Positions 53,829-63,974 of a DNA stretch of 64,000 bases are shown here, piece by piece. The stretch's first letter is position 1; the number at the start of each line of letters is the position of its first letter. The position numbers and the translations under genes are program-made. Source of the stretch: a bacterium. GTDB lineage: Bacteria; Patescibacteriota; Minisyncoccia; Phycocordibacterales; SBAW01. Below the pieces are notes generated by a model that made no database searches, was not told the DNA's origin, and saw only the letters and a program-made list of their open reading frames with translations. The stretch is taken from NCBI GenBank assembly GCA_021839985.1, contig JAKBZO010000001.1:676-64675 (forward strand), read 5' to 3'.

Positions 53829-55025
53829 TTATTTCACCACCACGTTGAGGAAGCGGTGTTTGCCGATGCGGATGGTTGCGGACTGCGTGATCGTGTCGTC
53901 GATCGTTTCGAAGGTACGGCCGCCAACCTCAGAGACAGCGCGCGCGTCGACAAGGCGGCGCAGTTCGCTCATGGAGCCCGCGACATCTTTGAGCACGTCG
54001 CGCAGAGTGGCGCCGCTTGCAACCTCAACGGTCGGCGCGCCCTCCGGCACGCCGCCTTCGCTGAAGGTCGTCGCCCATGACTCCTCCGCACTCTGCGCCT
54101 CGGCTGCGCCATGGTAGATGGTGACGATCTCGCGCGCGAGGCGCATCTTGGCATCTTTGGGGTGGAGCGCGCCGCCCTCAAGCGTCTGTTCGATCTCGTG
54201 AACGTCGGTCATGGGGACGCGCGTGCAAAGTTCAAAGTAGCGCACGATGAATTCGTCGCGCATGCTCATGATCTTGCCGTACATGTCCGAAGGCGTCATG
54301 GCGAAGGTGATCGTGTTGCCCCAGCTTGAACTCATCTTGCGACCGTCAGTGCCTTCAAGCAGCGGCCCCATCACGATGTTCTGCGGGGCCTGGCCATACT
54401 TCTCCTGGAGGGCGCGGCCGGCAAGTAAATTGAATTTCTGATCGGTACCGCCGAGCTCGACGTCGGAGCGCACGGCCACACTATCGTAACCTTGCATGAG
54501 AGGATAGAGCACTTCGCGCAGCGAAACGCGCTTCCCCGCCTCAAGCCGTCGTGCGATATTGTCGCGCGCAATGAAGTCGGCGACAGAAAACGCGTCCGCT
54601 TGCTCGCCTATTTCGGCATATGTGAGCGCACCGAGCCACTCGCTGTTATGGTGAAATTCCGCCGCCGAGAGCTCGATGAGCTTGCCCGCCTGTTCCTTGT
54701 ATGTCGCCTCATTGTGCGCGACCGCTTCGCGCGTTAGCATCGGGCGCTCGGCCTCCTTGTCCGACGTGTCGCCTATGACCGCGGTGAAATCGCCGACGAT
54801 GAACACGGCTTGGTGCCCCAACTCTTGGAGGTCGCGCATTTTAAGAAGCGCTACGGCGCGCCCAAGGTGTAGGTCGGGCGATGTCGGGTCGATGCCAAGC
54901 TTGATGCGCAAGCGCTCGCCAGAGAGCAGCTTCTTGCGCAGATCGTCTTTCACGATGACCTCGGTCACGCCGCGCGAGAGTACTTCGTCGATCTTCTGTT
55001 CATCGGTCGAAACAGGCCTGTTCAT
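53829..55025 (-). CDS. tyrS: Tyrosyl-tRNA synthetase
   Basis: The HIGH-region is ...DPTSPDLHLGRAV, and KMSSSWGN is a KMSKS variant. A C-terminal S4-like domain is present. The start was taken at MNRPVSTDEQ (55025). Confidence 0.85.
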   Translation of the reverse strand: MNRPVSTDEQKIDEVLSRGVTEVIVKDDLRKKLLSGERLRIKLGIDPTSPDLHLGRAVALLKMRDLQELGHQAVFIVGDFTAVIGDTSDKEAERPMLTREAVAHNEATYKEQAGKLIELSAAEFHHNSEWLGALTYAEIGEQADAFSVADFIARDNIARRLEAGKRVSLREVLYPLMQGYDSVAVRSDVELGGTDQKFNLLAGRALQEKYGQAPQNIVMGPLLEGTDGRKMSSSWGNTITFAMTPSDMYGKIMSMRDEFIVRYFELCTRVPMTDVHEIEQTLEGGALHPKDAKMRLAREIVTIYHGAAEAQSAEESWATTFSEGGVPEGAPTVEVASGATLRDVLKDVAGSMSELRRLVDARAVSEVGGRTFETIDDTITQSATIRIGKHRFLNVVVK

Positions 55026-55082
55026 GGAAACACTATACCACGCAAGGGCGCAGGGCGCAGGACGCATGGTATAATCCATGCA

Positions 55083-57302
55083 ATGACAGCTCCTCACCGC
55101 AGGTTTTCGTTCATTCGCCGACATTGGCGCGCCTTGATCATGTGGGTCCTCGGCGCTTTCTTTGCGATAAGCGGCGCCTTACTTGTTTGGACCGCCACGC
55201 TCAAGATCCCCGACCTATCGTCGATCGAGAACCGCAAGATCGAGCAGTCGCTGAAGATCTATGATCGCACCGGTACCGTGCTTCTCTACGACGTCAACAA
55301 GAACATCGATCGCACGATCGTCCCTCTCTCAAGCGTTTCGCCGGACATTCAGCATGCGACGATCGCGATGGAGGATCCGACCTTCTACTCCAATATCGGC
55401 ATTGAGCCTTTGGCGATCCTTCGTGCCGGCCTCGTTGATATTCTGACACTCAACAAATCTCAAGGCGGCTCGACGCTCACGCAACAGGTGGTGCGACAAA
55501 CCATTCTCTCGACCGACAAGACCTTCACACGCAAACTCAAAGAACTCGTGCTGTCGCTTAAACTCACGCGCGTACTGCCGAAGGATCAGATCCTTGAGAT
55601 CTATCTCAACCAGGCGCCTTACGGCGGCGCCATCTACGGCGTGCAGGAAGCGAGCGAACAATTCTTCGGTGTCCCCGCAAGCGATGTGACGTTGCCGGAA
55701 GCCGCCTATCTTGCTGCGATTCTCCCCGCCCCCACCTACTACTCGCCGTATGGCAATCATAAAGATACGCTCGACGCGCTCAAGAATGTCGTGCTCGATA
55801 AGATGTTCGAGCAAGGATACATAACCGCCGCACAGCGTGATGACGCCAAGGCGGCGGTCGTCCATTTCCAGCCGCAAAAAGCAACGGCGATCCAAGCACC
55901 GCACTTCGTCTTTTATGTCGAACAATATCTTGAGCAGAAATACGGCGCGGATGCGCTTGACCAGAACGGCTGGACGGTCATCTCGACGCTCGACGCCGAC
56001 CTGCAGGCGCACGCCGAAGCGATCGTGCAAAAAGACATGCCGGCCATCGAGAAGAATTACAACGCGTCCAACACCGGCTTCATTGCACTCGACCCCACCA
56101 ATGGCCAGATCTTGGTGATGGTGGGATCACGCAACTACTTCGACACACAGATCGACGGCAACTTCAATGTCACCGTCTCGAAAAACCGCCAACCAGGTTC
56201 GACCTTTAAGCCATTCGCGTATTCGGTCGCATTCCAAAAAGGCTACACGCCGGACACCGTTCTCTTCGATGTGCCGACCCAGTTCTCGACCAATTGCAAA
56301 CCGGACGACCTCACTATGGGCGGAGTGAACAAGTGCTACTCGCCAGGCGACTTCGATGGGAAGTGGCGCGGACCGATGTCGCTGCGTGATGCGCTTGCGC
56401 AATCGATCAACGTGCCATCGGTCGAGGTGCTCTACCTTGCCGGCATCAACGATACGTTCGAACTAGCGCGCGCGATGGGGATTTCATCGCTCGGCGATCC
56501 TAATCAGTACGGTCTTACGCTGGTGCTCGGCGGCGGTGAAGTGTCGCTCCTTGAAATGACGAGCGCCTACGGCACGTTCGCAACGAACGGTACGCACTTC
56601 GCTCCGGTCAGTGTATTACAGATCAAAGACGCCAATGGGAACATCGTTGAGGACAACACGCAGCCGGTCGGGACGCAGATACTCACGCCGCAAGTGACCG
56701 GCGAGATCAATGACGTTCTTTCTGATAATGTGGCGCGCATGCCAGAGTTCGGCGCAGATTCCGCGCTCTACTTCCCCGGTCATGACGTAGCGGTGAAGAC
56801 CGGTACGACCAACGACTACCGCGATGCGTGGGTCATCGGCTACACGCCGAATGTCGTCGTGGGTTCGTGGGCTGGTAATAATGACAACACACCGATGACG
56901 AAGAATATCGCTGGTTTCATTTTGGCGCCCATGTGGCATGAAGTGATGGATTATGTCATTTCCAAAGAACCGAACTCGACATTCCAGCGCAGCGAGGTGC
57001 CGCTTATCTCTGGCAAGCCGGTCTTACAGGGTGTGTGGCAGGGTGGCGACGCCACGATCGTGGGCGGCATCGAGCAGGTGCCGTGCAACGTGCACAACAT
57101 CCTGTACTGGATAAATAAAGATGACCCGACTGGCGCCGCTCCGCGCGATCAAAGCCAGGACCCACAGTATCCATATTGGGAGGCGGCGGTGCAGCGCTGG
57201 ATCTCCACCTCAGGACAGTCATGCACGCCCGGCTCAACGATCACCGTCGGGCCCGCGCCACTCATCACACCGCTCTCAACGAGCACCCCTGCAGCGCTGT
57301 AG
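55083..57302 (+). CDS. Bifunctional class A penicillin-binding protein (glycosyltransferase GT51 plus transpeptidase)
   Basis: An N-terminal TM, the GT51 motifs (EDPTFYSNIGIEP, RQTILS) and a transpeptidase domain with STFKPF (SxxK) and KTGT. Confidence 0.85.
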   Translation: MTAPHRRFSFIRRHWRALIMWVLGAFFAISGALLVWTATLKIPDLSSIENRKIEQSLKIYDRTGTVLLYDVNKNIDRTIVPLSSVSPDIQHATIAMEDPTFYSNIGIEPLAILRAGLVDILTLNKSQGGSTLTQQVVRQTILSTDKTFTRKLKELVLSLKLTRVLPKDQILEIYLNQAPYGGAIYGVQEASEQFFGVPASDVTLPEAAYLAAILPAPTYYSPYGNHKDTLDALKNVVLDKMFEQGYITAAQRDDAKAAVVHFQPQKATAIQAPHFVFYVEQYLEQKYGADALDQNGWTVISTLDADLQAHAEAIVQKDMPAIEKNYNASNTGFIALDPTNGQILVMVGSRNYFDTQIDGNFNVTVSKNRQPGSTFKPFAYSVAFQKGYTPDTVLFDVPTQFSTNCKPDDLTMGGVNKCYSPGDFDGKWRGPMSLRDALAQSINVPSVEVLYLAGINDTFELARAMGISSLGDPNQYGLTLVLGGGEVSLLEMTSAYGTFATNGTHFAPVSVLQIKDANGNIVEDNTQPVGTQILTPQVTGEINDVLSDNVARMPEFGADSALYFPGHDVAVKTGTTNDYRDAWVIGYTPNVVVGSWAGNNDNTPMTKNIAGFILAPMWHEVMDYVISKEPNSTFQRSEVPLISGKPVLQGVWQGGDATIVGGIEQVPCNVHNILYWINKDDPTGAAPRDQSQDPQYPYWEAAVQRWISTSGQSCTPGSTITVGPAPLITPLSTSTPAAL

Positions 57303-57309
57303 GGGCCCG

Positions 57310-57564
57310 TCACTGTATATCCTTGAACCCGTCGCCAACCACGGCGCGGACCGCGGAGACGATCTCCTGCTTATGAAGAAGTATTTCTGTTTTCTGTGCG
57401 CCACCCTGTGCTATATGCGCGATGCCGTGCAAATAGCGGATGCTGCGCTCCGGCACGTCGATGCTGAATTTTTCTTTCAAGATCCCCCGCACCGCTCGCA
57501 CCACCGCCAAAGACGGCGGGGTGAAGTCCTTAAAACGAGAGAGTAATGATGAGATGGTTTTCAT
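57310..57564 (-). CDS. Small hypothetical protein downstream of dnaN (possibly DUF721/DciA-like)
   Basis: 84 aa. The position after dnaN is suggestive only. Confidence 0.35.
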   Translation of the reverse strand: MKTISSLLSRFKDFTPPSLAVVRAVRGILKEKFSIDVPERSIRYLHGIAHIAQGGAQKTEILLHKQEIVSAVRAVVGDGFKDIQ

Positions 57565-57568
57565 CTAA

Positions 57569-57635
57569 AAGCTTTTAGCTTTTAGCTTTTAGCTTTTCGG
57601 GTCAGACCTAACGCCTACAAGCTACAAGCTACCAG
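57569..57635. repeat. Tandem heptamer repeats (agctttt x4, then acaagct x3) in the dnaN-proximal intergenic spacer
   Basis: aaaagcttttagcttttagcttttagcttttcggg...ctacaagctacaagctaccagctt. Confidence 0.5.
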
Positions 57636-57640
57636 CTTCA

Positions 57641-58738
57641 TTATCTATTCATCGGCATTGCGAGATAGAAAAACGAATCATCAGCCACATCTTGGATGAG
57701 CGCTGGTCTTCCGGCGCCATTGAGACGAATACGAACACTCTCCCCCGCAAGCGGCGTCAGACCATCAGCAAGATACTTGCTATTGAACGTCATCGTGATC
57801 TGCTCGCCGGAAACCGCCGCCTTCAGCACGCACTCTTCTTCTCCAACATCAGCATTACGAGATGAAAGATGCACGGTCTTTTCTTTTGGCTGAACCACGA
57901 ACACCACCTGCAAGAATTTATCATTGAACACGGAGAGCCCTTTGAGTGCTTGAGAGAGATCCTCACGCAGCAACACCACCTCGGTGTTGAAGGTCTTCGG
58001 CACGATCTGCGTGTAGTTCGGATAGGTTCCATCGAGGAGGCGGCTCGTGTAGTACACTCCTTCTAGTTGTATCGAAAATTGATTGTCGTTGTAGTACACC
58101 TCAACATCACCCTTCACTCCTTCAAGGATACGCACCAACTCGCCCACATTACGCGCTGGCATAAGAAGGTTCGGTACCGACCCTGGGCTTTTAAGCGCTG
58201 CTTGTTTTTCTGCGAGACGGAACGAGTCGGTCGCAACAAAATACAATTTCCCCACATCGCCGTACACTAGTACGCTCTGGAGTTCTGGTTTTACGTTCGA
58301 CACCGAGGCGCAGTTGAGTACCGATCTGATACCTTTAGCGAGATCTTGTGCTTTTACCACAAAGGAATGCTCTGCCGGTATGCGCGGAAGGATCGGGAAA
58401 TCATCATGGGGAATGGTTTTTATAGTTGCTGATGTTCTCTCGGTTTTTAACTTCATAACTCCACCATCGACCGTACATTCGATCGAATGCCCGTGACTAT
58501 TTGAAAGGAAACCTATCAAAGTCGCGCTGGAAATAGCTGTCGCACCCGAGGAAAGAACTCGCGCCGGCACCACCACCTCAACGCCATATTCAAGATTGGT
58601 TGCTCGAAGCACTACCGAGTCGCCGTTCGTCTCAAGATAGATCGAATTTAAAGTCGGCATGGTCCCGCCGCGCTGTACGAACCGCGCCGCGATCGATGCT
58701 GCCTCAACCAAGTTTTCCACCGTACATTCGAATTTCAT
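57641..58738 (-). CDS. dnaN: DNA polymerase III beta sliding clamp
   Basis: 365 aa in a three-domain clamp. It is adjacent to dnaA, and the N-terminal MKFECTVENLVEAASIA is typical. Confidence 0.9.
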   Translation of the reverse strand: MKFECTVENLVEAASIAARFVQRGGTMPTLNSIYLETNGDSVVLRATNLEYGVEVVVPARVLSSGATAISSATLIGFLSNSHGHSIECTVDGGVMKLKTERTSATIKTIPHDDFPILPRIPAEHSFVVKAQDLAKGIRSVLNCASVSNVKPELQSVLVYGDVGKLYFVATDSFRLAEKQAALKSPGSVPNLLMPARNVGELVRILEGVKGDVEVYYNDNQFSIQLEGVYYTSRLLDGTYPNYTQIVPKTFNTEVVLLREDLSQALKGLSVFNDKFLQVVFVVQPKEKTVHLSSRNADVGEEECVLKAAVSGEQITMTFNSKYLADGLTPLAGESVRIRLNGAGRPALIQDVADDSFFYLAMPMNR

Positions 58739-58970
58739 AGTATTTGTTTTTAAATTAAATAAATCTCAAAATGAAGTAAGAAGGGGGTGTGGATAGTGGA
58801 TAGTAAAGAAGAGTGGTGTGGAATAAGTATTTTTTGTTTAGTTGGGAGTCTTGTTAGTTGTGGATTGTTCGGTGGGGTTGTGGATGGCTGCTGCGGTTCC
58901 CTTATTGCTCAGTTTTTACGAACGTCCTGTCCGTATCTTATCCACATCATCTCAACATGTTCCGTATCTG
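58739..58970. other. Candidate oriC segment: the AT-rich dnaA-dnaN spacer with clustered DnaA-box-like 9-mers
   Basis: tgtggatag and gtggatagt at about 58788-58805, tgtggaata at about 58815, tgtggattg at about 58862, tgtggatgg at about 58884, and a perfect ttatccaca at 58957-58965. Confidence 0.55.
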
Positions 58971-60281
58971 CTGAAGTTCTTGTAATAATTCACTATTGGT
59001 CTGGGTGTCCTTTTTGACTTTCTCGCACGAGTGAATGACAGTTGTGTGGTCGCGACCACCGAGCTTCTCGCCGATCGTTGGGAATGAGATCTTGAAATCC
59101 TCGCGCAGGATATACATAACGACCTGGCGCGGGTGGACCACCTCTTTTCGGCGCGTCTTTTCGTAAATATCGTTCTCTTCGATGTTATAGAATTCAGCGA
59201 TAATTTTAACGATCTCAGGGATGGAGATCGACTTCTTCGGCGCCGCGGCAGCGCGCAGGAGCTCTTTTACATCAATCAGCGAGAGTGGGCCATCGCGCAT
59301 TTCCAGCGAGAGAAGAAGAGTGTTGATCGCGCCTTCAAGCTCGCGCACGTTGCCGTTCACGGTCGATGCGACATAGTCGGAGATCTCGTCCGGCAGTACG
59401 CTGCCGCGCGAGGCGGCTTTTGCACGCACGATCGCCACGCGGCTCTCATGATCGGGCGGCGTGATCGACACCACCATGCCTTGGCTGAAGCGCGACTTAA
59501 GGCGATCAACGAGTTTTTGGATCAGATTAGGGTGCTGGTCTGACGAGAACACGAGCTGACGGTTCTTGTCGAAGAGCGCGTTGAATAGGTGGAAGAGCTC
59601 TTCCTGCGTACCGCTTTTTCCGGAGAGGAATTGGATGTCATCCATGACAAGCAGGTCGTACTCGCGGTACTTTTCTTTGAACGCAGGGATGCGGCTCGAT
59701 TGCATCGCGGCGACGTACTCCAGATAGAACTTCTCTGACGTGATGTAGTAGATCTTCCGCTCCGGCGCTTGTGCGCGGAAACTATTCCCTATCGCTTGAA
59801 TAAGATGCGTCTTACCAAGACCCGGTTCGCCGTACACAAAGAGCGGGTTGTAGGCAATGCCCGGCTTCTTGGAGACCGCCTGAGCGGCGGCGTGTGCGAG
59901 TTCATTGAATGGACCCACGATGAACGAGTTGAAGGTGTAGCGCGGATTGAGGTTGGTCTGAGAATGGACATTCTCAAGCGGCAGCTCGCCAAGCGACGTC
60001 GCAGGGCGAACCTCCTCCGCGCTTTTTTTCGGATGTTTCGAGATGATGTATTCGACCGAACGAACATTCTCCGAAAGACGGCGCAGAGAAGCGAGAATGA
60101 GTTTGTGATATTTGGTCGCGAACCAGTCGCGGATGAATTGGCTCGGAACGCCGACGAATACGACGCCGTCGTCGACGCGGACGATGTGGGTGTCGCGGAA
60201 CCAGGTATTAAAGGCGGCTTTCGGGATGGTGAGTTCGAGATCGGTAAGGGCGTTCTCCCAGAGTTCGCGCGTGGTGGTCAT
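58947..60281 (-). CDS. dnaA: Chromosomal replication initiator DnaA
   Basis: An AAA+ domain with Walker A GEPGLGKTHL, a DnaA box-binding C-terminal domain, and a perfect DnaA box tgtggataa upstream at 60347-60355. Confidence 0.9.
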   Translation of the reverse strand: MTTTRELWENALTDLELTIPKAAFNTWFRDTHIVRVDDGVVFVGVPSQFIRDWFATKYHKLILASLRRLSENVRSVEYIISKHPKKSAEEVRPATSLGELPLENVHSQTNLNPRYTFNSFIVGPFNELAHAAAQAVSKKPGIAYNPLFVYGEPGLGKTHLIQAIGNSFRAQAPERKIYYITSEKFYLEYVAAMQSSRIPAFKEKYREYDLLVMDDIQFLSGKSGTQEELFHLFNALFDKNRQLVFSSDQHPNLIQKLVDRLKSRFSQGMVVSITPPDHESRVAIVRAKAASRGSVLPDEISDYVASTVNGNVRELEGAINTLLLSLEMRDGPLSLIDVKELLRAAAAPKKSISIPEIVKIIAEFYNIEENDIYEKTRRKEVVHPRQVVMYILREDFKISFPTIGEKLGGRDHTTVIHSCEKVKKDTQTNSELLQELQQIRNMLR

Positions 60282-60501
60282 GGGGGCATTATAGCGGCAC
60301 AGCCTCTTTCGCGGAATACCCTCTCTGCCGCACTAAAATCGAACATGTGGATAACCTGGGGAAAACTAGCATGACGAGGAAAGAAAATGTACGAAGTTGT
60401 TGGGGGCACGCTATGCCAACATAAGGCGCCTGCAAACTCATGCGAGCAGACCGCCGGGTAGTTTGTTGATTAAATCTTATACTTGCGGTATAGTGCCTTT
60501 T

Positions 60502-60651
60502 ATGAAACGAACGTATCAGCCGAAAAAGCGCAAGCGCGCTCGAACGCACGGCTTTTTGGCGAAGACCGCCACGGCTGCTGGCCGTAAAGTGCTCGCCCGC
60601 CGCCGACAAAAAGGACGCGCACGCATAGCGATCAACACAACTGTAAAGTAA
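60502..60651 (+). CDS. rpmH: 50S ribosomal protein L34
   Basis: [49 protein letters not shown]. Confidence 0.85.
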   Translation: MKRTYQPKKRKRARTHGFLAKTATAAGRKVLARRRQKGRARIAINTTVK

Positions 60652-60692
60652 AACAACCCCGATCCGGGGCTGTTTTAGTTAGTGGTGTTGGT

Positions 60693-61067
60693 ATGACGTG
60701 CTGGGGTATAGTTAGTCTACTCATGCTTCCCTATCCACGACGACTACGGACCGCCGAAGTTTCCGAGGTCATGCGCCGCGGATCTTTTGTGCGCGGCCGC
60801 TTCATGACGGCGCGGGTGCTTCGCGCGGCGGCGGAGAAGTCTGTGGGTGGAGATGATACAATACGAGCAGCGGCGGTCGTTTCCAAGAAAGTCGCCAAGA
60901 CCGCGGTAGTGCGTAATCGCGCGCGTCGGGCATTGTACAGCGCGGTCGCGTCGATCGGAACACCAACGCCGCTGCGTATCGTGTTCGTCGTGAACACGCT
61001 CCCCAACGAAGCATACGAACGCGCATTTGCCGCCGACGCGGCTTCCATTATTTCCGCATTAACATAA
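60693..61067 (+). CDS. rnpA: RNase P protein component
   Basis: Its position after rpmH, its basic composition and the RnpA-like central region (RNRARRALY) support this. The start may be the internal Met at 60723. Confidence 0.7.
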   Translation: MTCWGIVSLLMLPYPRRLRTAEVSEVMRRGSFVRGRFMTARVLRAAAEKSVGGDDTIRAAAVVSKKVAKTAVVRNRARRALYSAVASIGTPTPLRIVFVVNTLPNEAYERAFAADAASIISALT

Positions 61068-61077
61068 TCTCTTTGGC

Positions 61078-61791
61078 ATGTTTACGACCTATTTAGTGCA
61101 GCCGATCTACAACGCCTTTATTTTTACCCTCGGGCTTATGCCGGGCGGTGATGTTGGCATGGCGATCATTGTGATCACTCTGCTCATCCGCTTCATCTTT
61201 TTCCCCATGTTCGCCTCCGCCATCCGCACGCAGATGGCGCTTCAGGTGGTGCAGCCGGAGCTCGCCGACATCAACGAGCGATACAAGGAAGACCCGATGG
61301 AACGCTCCCGCAGAACAGCAGAGCTTTTCGATCGGCACAAGATACGGCCGTTCACCATGCTCTTTTCGACCGTTGTGCAGGTGGCGGTGTTCATCGCCCT
61401 CTCATATGTTTTCTTTCGTCTCGGTCTCGCCAAGATCCATACCGAGCTTTTGTATTCGTTCGTACATGCGCCGGGCGTGATAAGCGAGCGCCTCTTCGGC
61501 ATAGTCGATCTCACCGGAACGCGCAGCATCGTGATCACGGTGCTGGTCGTGGCCGCGCAGTATTACGCGATGCGGCTTACTCTCGCGCGTACCGCAGCTG
61601 CCGCTTCGGCCACGATGAAACCGGCACAGAAGCAGATGCAGGAAATGCAGCGCACCATGATGCTCTACTTTTTCCCCGCTATGATGGCGTTCGTCGGCTA
61701 CACCTTTCCGGCGGCTGTCGGCGTCTATGTGATCACCACGAGCGTTGTTTCCATCGCGCAGGAACTGTACTTTAAACACCGACCGCTCTAG
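61078..61791 (+). CDS. yidC: Membrane protein insertase YidC (short form)
   Basis: 237 aa with five TM helices, in the conserved position rpmH-rnpA-yidC-jag. Confidence 0.8.
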   Translation: MFTTYLVQPIYNAFIFTLGLMPGGDVGMAIIVITLLIRFIFFPMFASAIRTQMALQVVQPELADINERYKEDPMERSRRTAELFDRHKIRPFTMLFSTVVQVAVFIALSYVFFRLGLAKIHTELLYSFVHAPGVISERLFGIVDLTGTRSIVITVLVVAAQYYAMRLTLARTAAAASATMKPAQKQMQEMQRTMMLYFFPAMMAFVGYTFPAAVGVYVITTSVVSIAQELYFKHRPL

Positions 61792-61886
61792 GTAGTCGGC
61801 AGAATGCAGTCGGCAGTTACATTGCAACCTGCGTACTGCGTCCTGCCAACTTGAGTTATAGGGTTCTTTGCGGTAAGGTGTCTGAT

Positions 61887-62336
61887 ATGGATGCCGACGC
61901 ACTCAAGCAACTGGTTGGAGATATGCTCAGCGCGCTTTGCGTGTCGGTCGACACGATCGAGGTCTCAAGCGGGGGGCGGACAGTCGTGGCGGTCTCGACG
62001 CCTGACTCCAGCCTCGTGATCGGCGAGAGAGGAGAAACGCTGCAGGCGCTCAACACACTAGCTCGCCGCATCGCGGAGAAGCGATCGGGAAGAGAAGCAG
62101 CGAGTTTTCTTATCGACGTGAATGGATATCATGAAGGTCGTCTGCAGGAGATGCGCGACAAGGTCAAACTTCTTGCTGAACGCGCGCGAACTTTCAACCA
62201 TGAGGTTGAGCTCGAACCGATGAGTTCCTATGAGCGGCTCGTTGTCCACGAGATGTTCGCAGAAGATCCGAACATCGAGACCGAATCTCGCGGCGAAGGC
62301 AAGATACGGCACATCGTTTTGAAGTGCAAGAAATAG
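61887..62336 (+). CDS. jag: Jag/SpoIIIJ-associated RNA-binding protein (KH + R3H domains)
   Basis: A KH-like motif VIGERGETLQALNTLA and a C-terminal R3H motif ...YERLVVHEMF... The Shine-Dalgarno sequence aaggtg lies before the ATG at 61887. A terminator follows at 62372-62410. Confidence 0.75.
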   Translation: MDADALKQLVGDMLSALCVSVDTIEVSSGGRTVVAVSTPDSSLVIGERGETLQALNTLARRIAEKRSGREAASFLIDVNGYHEGRLQEMRDKVKLLAERARTFNHEVELEPMSSYERLVVHEMFAEDPNIETESRGEGKIRHIVLKCKK

Positions 62337-62448
62337 CCGGCAGCTATCAGCTAAAAGGTTTCAGAATAAACCATGAGCCCCGGAGAAGCGAAGCTTCTCC
62401 GGGGCTCATTCTGTTACCTGACAGCTGATAGTTGACACCTACTACCTG

Positions 62449-63708
62449 TTACCTATTCAGTCTCACGCCCCACAGCGAGCCGTCATCTTTGGCGATGAAG
62501 GAGAGATACTGCCCGCTCTGCGAGAGCGCAAGATCGACCATGTCGGACGGCTCGCCACCATCGCGAGAGCCTGGTGTTGCCAAAGGAAGAGAGAGCCCGG
62601 TGCCGCCGTCGAGCGACACGAGCGCGCTGGGGAAGCTCGCTTCACCGCTGTGCCAGAGGTCGAGATAATTCGCTGGGGCCGATGAAGAGGGGGCGGCACA
62701 ATAGGCGCGGGTGGTGGACGCTGTGCTCCATACGCAGGTCTCCGGTATAGGAGCTTCAAGGGAAGAAGCCGCGGGTGCGGAATAGACGACACCCCCCGTC
62801 TTGAGATCTTCTATAAAAAGAGTTGAACGCGGGCCTGAGTCGATGCGGTGAACAAGTGATGCAAATGATGGGTCGGCGCTCGCGGTAATGCCTGCGCCGG
62901 AGAGGAGGGGTGCGATCGCTCCGGTCGTCGCATCCAGCGAGAAGACGATGCCCCCAACACCAGAGGCGCTGTTGGTGTAGAACATGAGCGTGGTTTTCGA
63001 CGGCCAAGCGAGCTGGATATGCGAAAGAGGTGTGGTGGCGAGCGCTTTGGCGCCGCTGCCGTCCGCCGCGGCGGTATAGAGCGTAAGGCCGGCGTTCCCC
63101 GCCGAGAGTGCGTATGCGATCGAAGTGCCGCTTGGCGCCGCGGCGAGCGCCATGATGTTGTCCGGTAGAAAGCGCACGGTCACACCGGCGGCCGGCGTTG
63201 TTGTGCCGGCGGCGGGCAGCGAAAGATGCGCGCTCTTGATAGTGCCGCCCTGGAGGTATTGAACGATAACGCCGTGCCCCGCTTCGGTGAAGAGCGCATG
63301 GAGCACTCCCGGTATGGTCGTGTTCGATACGGTTCGCGGTGCGGCGCCCGGCACATCAAGCGGCAGGTCGATCACGTGTCCATCAAGACCGGTGATGTAG
63401 CGCGCGCTGGTCGTGGTCGGCGCGCCGCCCTCGATGAGGGTGGCGGCGACGATCGGGCCGCCGGCGATCTTGAAGATCGGCGGTCCGGCATAGGTGCTCG
63501 TTCCGGTCGCGAACGAGGGCAAGGAAACGCCGCCACTTATCCCGCCGGACGTGGCCAGCCCCCCGACTGTCGAGGAGGTGCCGAACCCCCCGCCACCCTG
63601 CGGCGTCGCCGCCGGTTTGCCGAAGAACGAAATGACGAGCAGAACCAGCGCCACGATCGCAATAAGACCGCTGAGCGCTAGCACGATATTTTTCCAATTG
63701 ATCTTCAT
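62449..63708 (-). CDS. Secreted or membrane-anchored protein with Gly/Ser/Thr-rich beta-repeats and a TolB-like beta-propeller-type C-terminus; hypothetical
   Basis: The N-terminal TM is MKINWKNIVLALSGLIAIVALVLLV. The C-terminus reads ...LSQSGQYLSFIAKDDGSLWGVRL. Confidence 0.45.
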   Translation of the reverse strand: MKINWKNIVLALSGLIAIVALVLLVISFFGKPAATPQGGGGFGTSSTVGGLATSGGISGGVSLPSFATGTSTYAGPPIFKIAGGPIVAATLIEGGAPTTTSARYITGLDGHVIDLPLDVPGAAPRTVSNTTIPGVLHALFTEAGHGVIVQYLQGGTIKSAHLSLPAAGTTTPAAGVTVRFLPDNIMALAAAPSGTSIAYALSAGNAGLTLYTAAADGSGAKALATTPLSHIQLAWPSKTTLMFYTNSASGVGGIVFSLDATTGAIAPLLSGAGITASADPSFASLVHRIDSGPRSTLFIEDLKTGGVVYSAPAASSLEAPIPETCVWSTASTTRAYCAAPSSSAPANYLDLWHSGEASFPSALVSLDGGTGLSLPLATPGSRDGGEPSDMVDLALSQSGQYLSFIAKDDGSLWGVRLNR

Positions 63709-63740
63709 GAGAAGGATGTTCGACCGCGGCCACCGCACGA

Positions 63741-63974
63741 TCACGGCTGCTGCCCGTAGCCTTGCGCATCTTGGAGCGGAGCAGCCGATGAAGAGTTATT
63801 TGAAGAATCCGAACCAGAGGAGCCTGACACGACTGAATTGGTGCCGGTCTGCTGGAGATTGAGTCGGCTGCCAAGATTTGAGAGGTCGGCAAAATTCGTA
63901 AGATTCGGATTGATGGTAGTGAGAATGGTGACCGAGCCGAGCAGAAGGATGAGGCCCCAGACAGACTTCTTCAT
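63741..63974 (-). CDS. Small secreted Ser/Gly-rich protein; hypothetical
   Basis: The signal peptide MKKSVWGLILLLGSVTILTT is followed by low-complexity Ser/Asn-rich sequence. Confidence 0.35.
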   Translation of the reverse strand: MKKSVWGLILLLGSVTILTTINPNLTNFADLSNLGSRLNLQQTGTNSVVSGSSGSDSSNNSSSAAPLQDAQGYGQQP

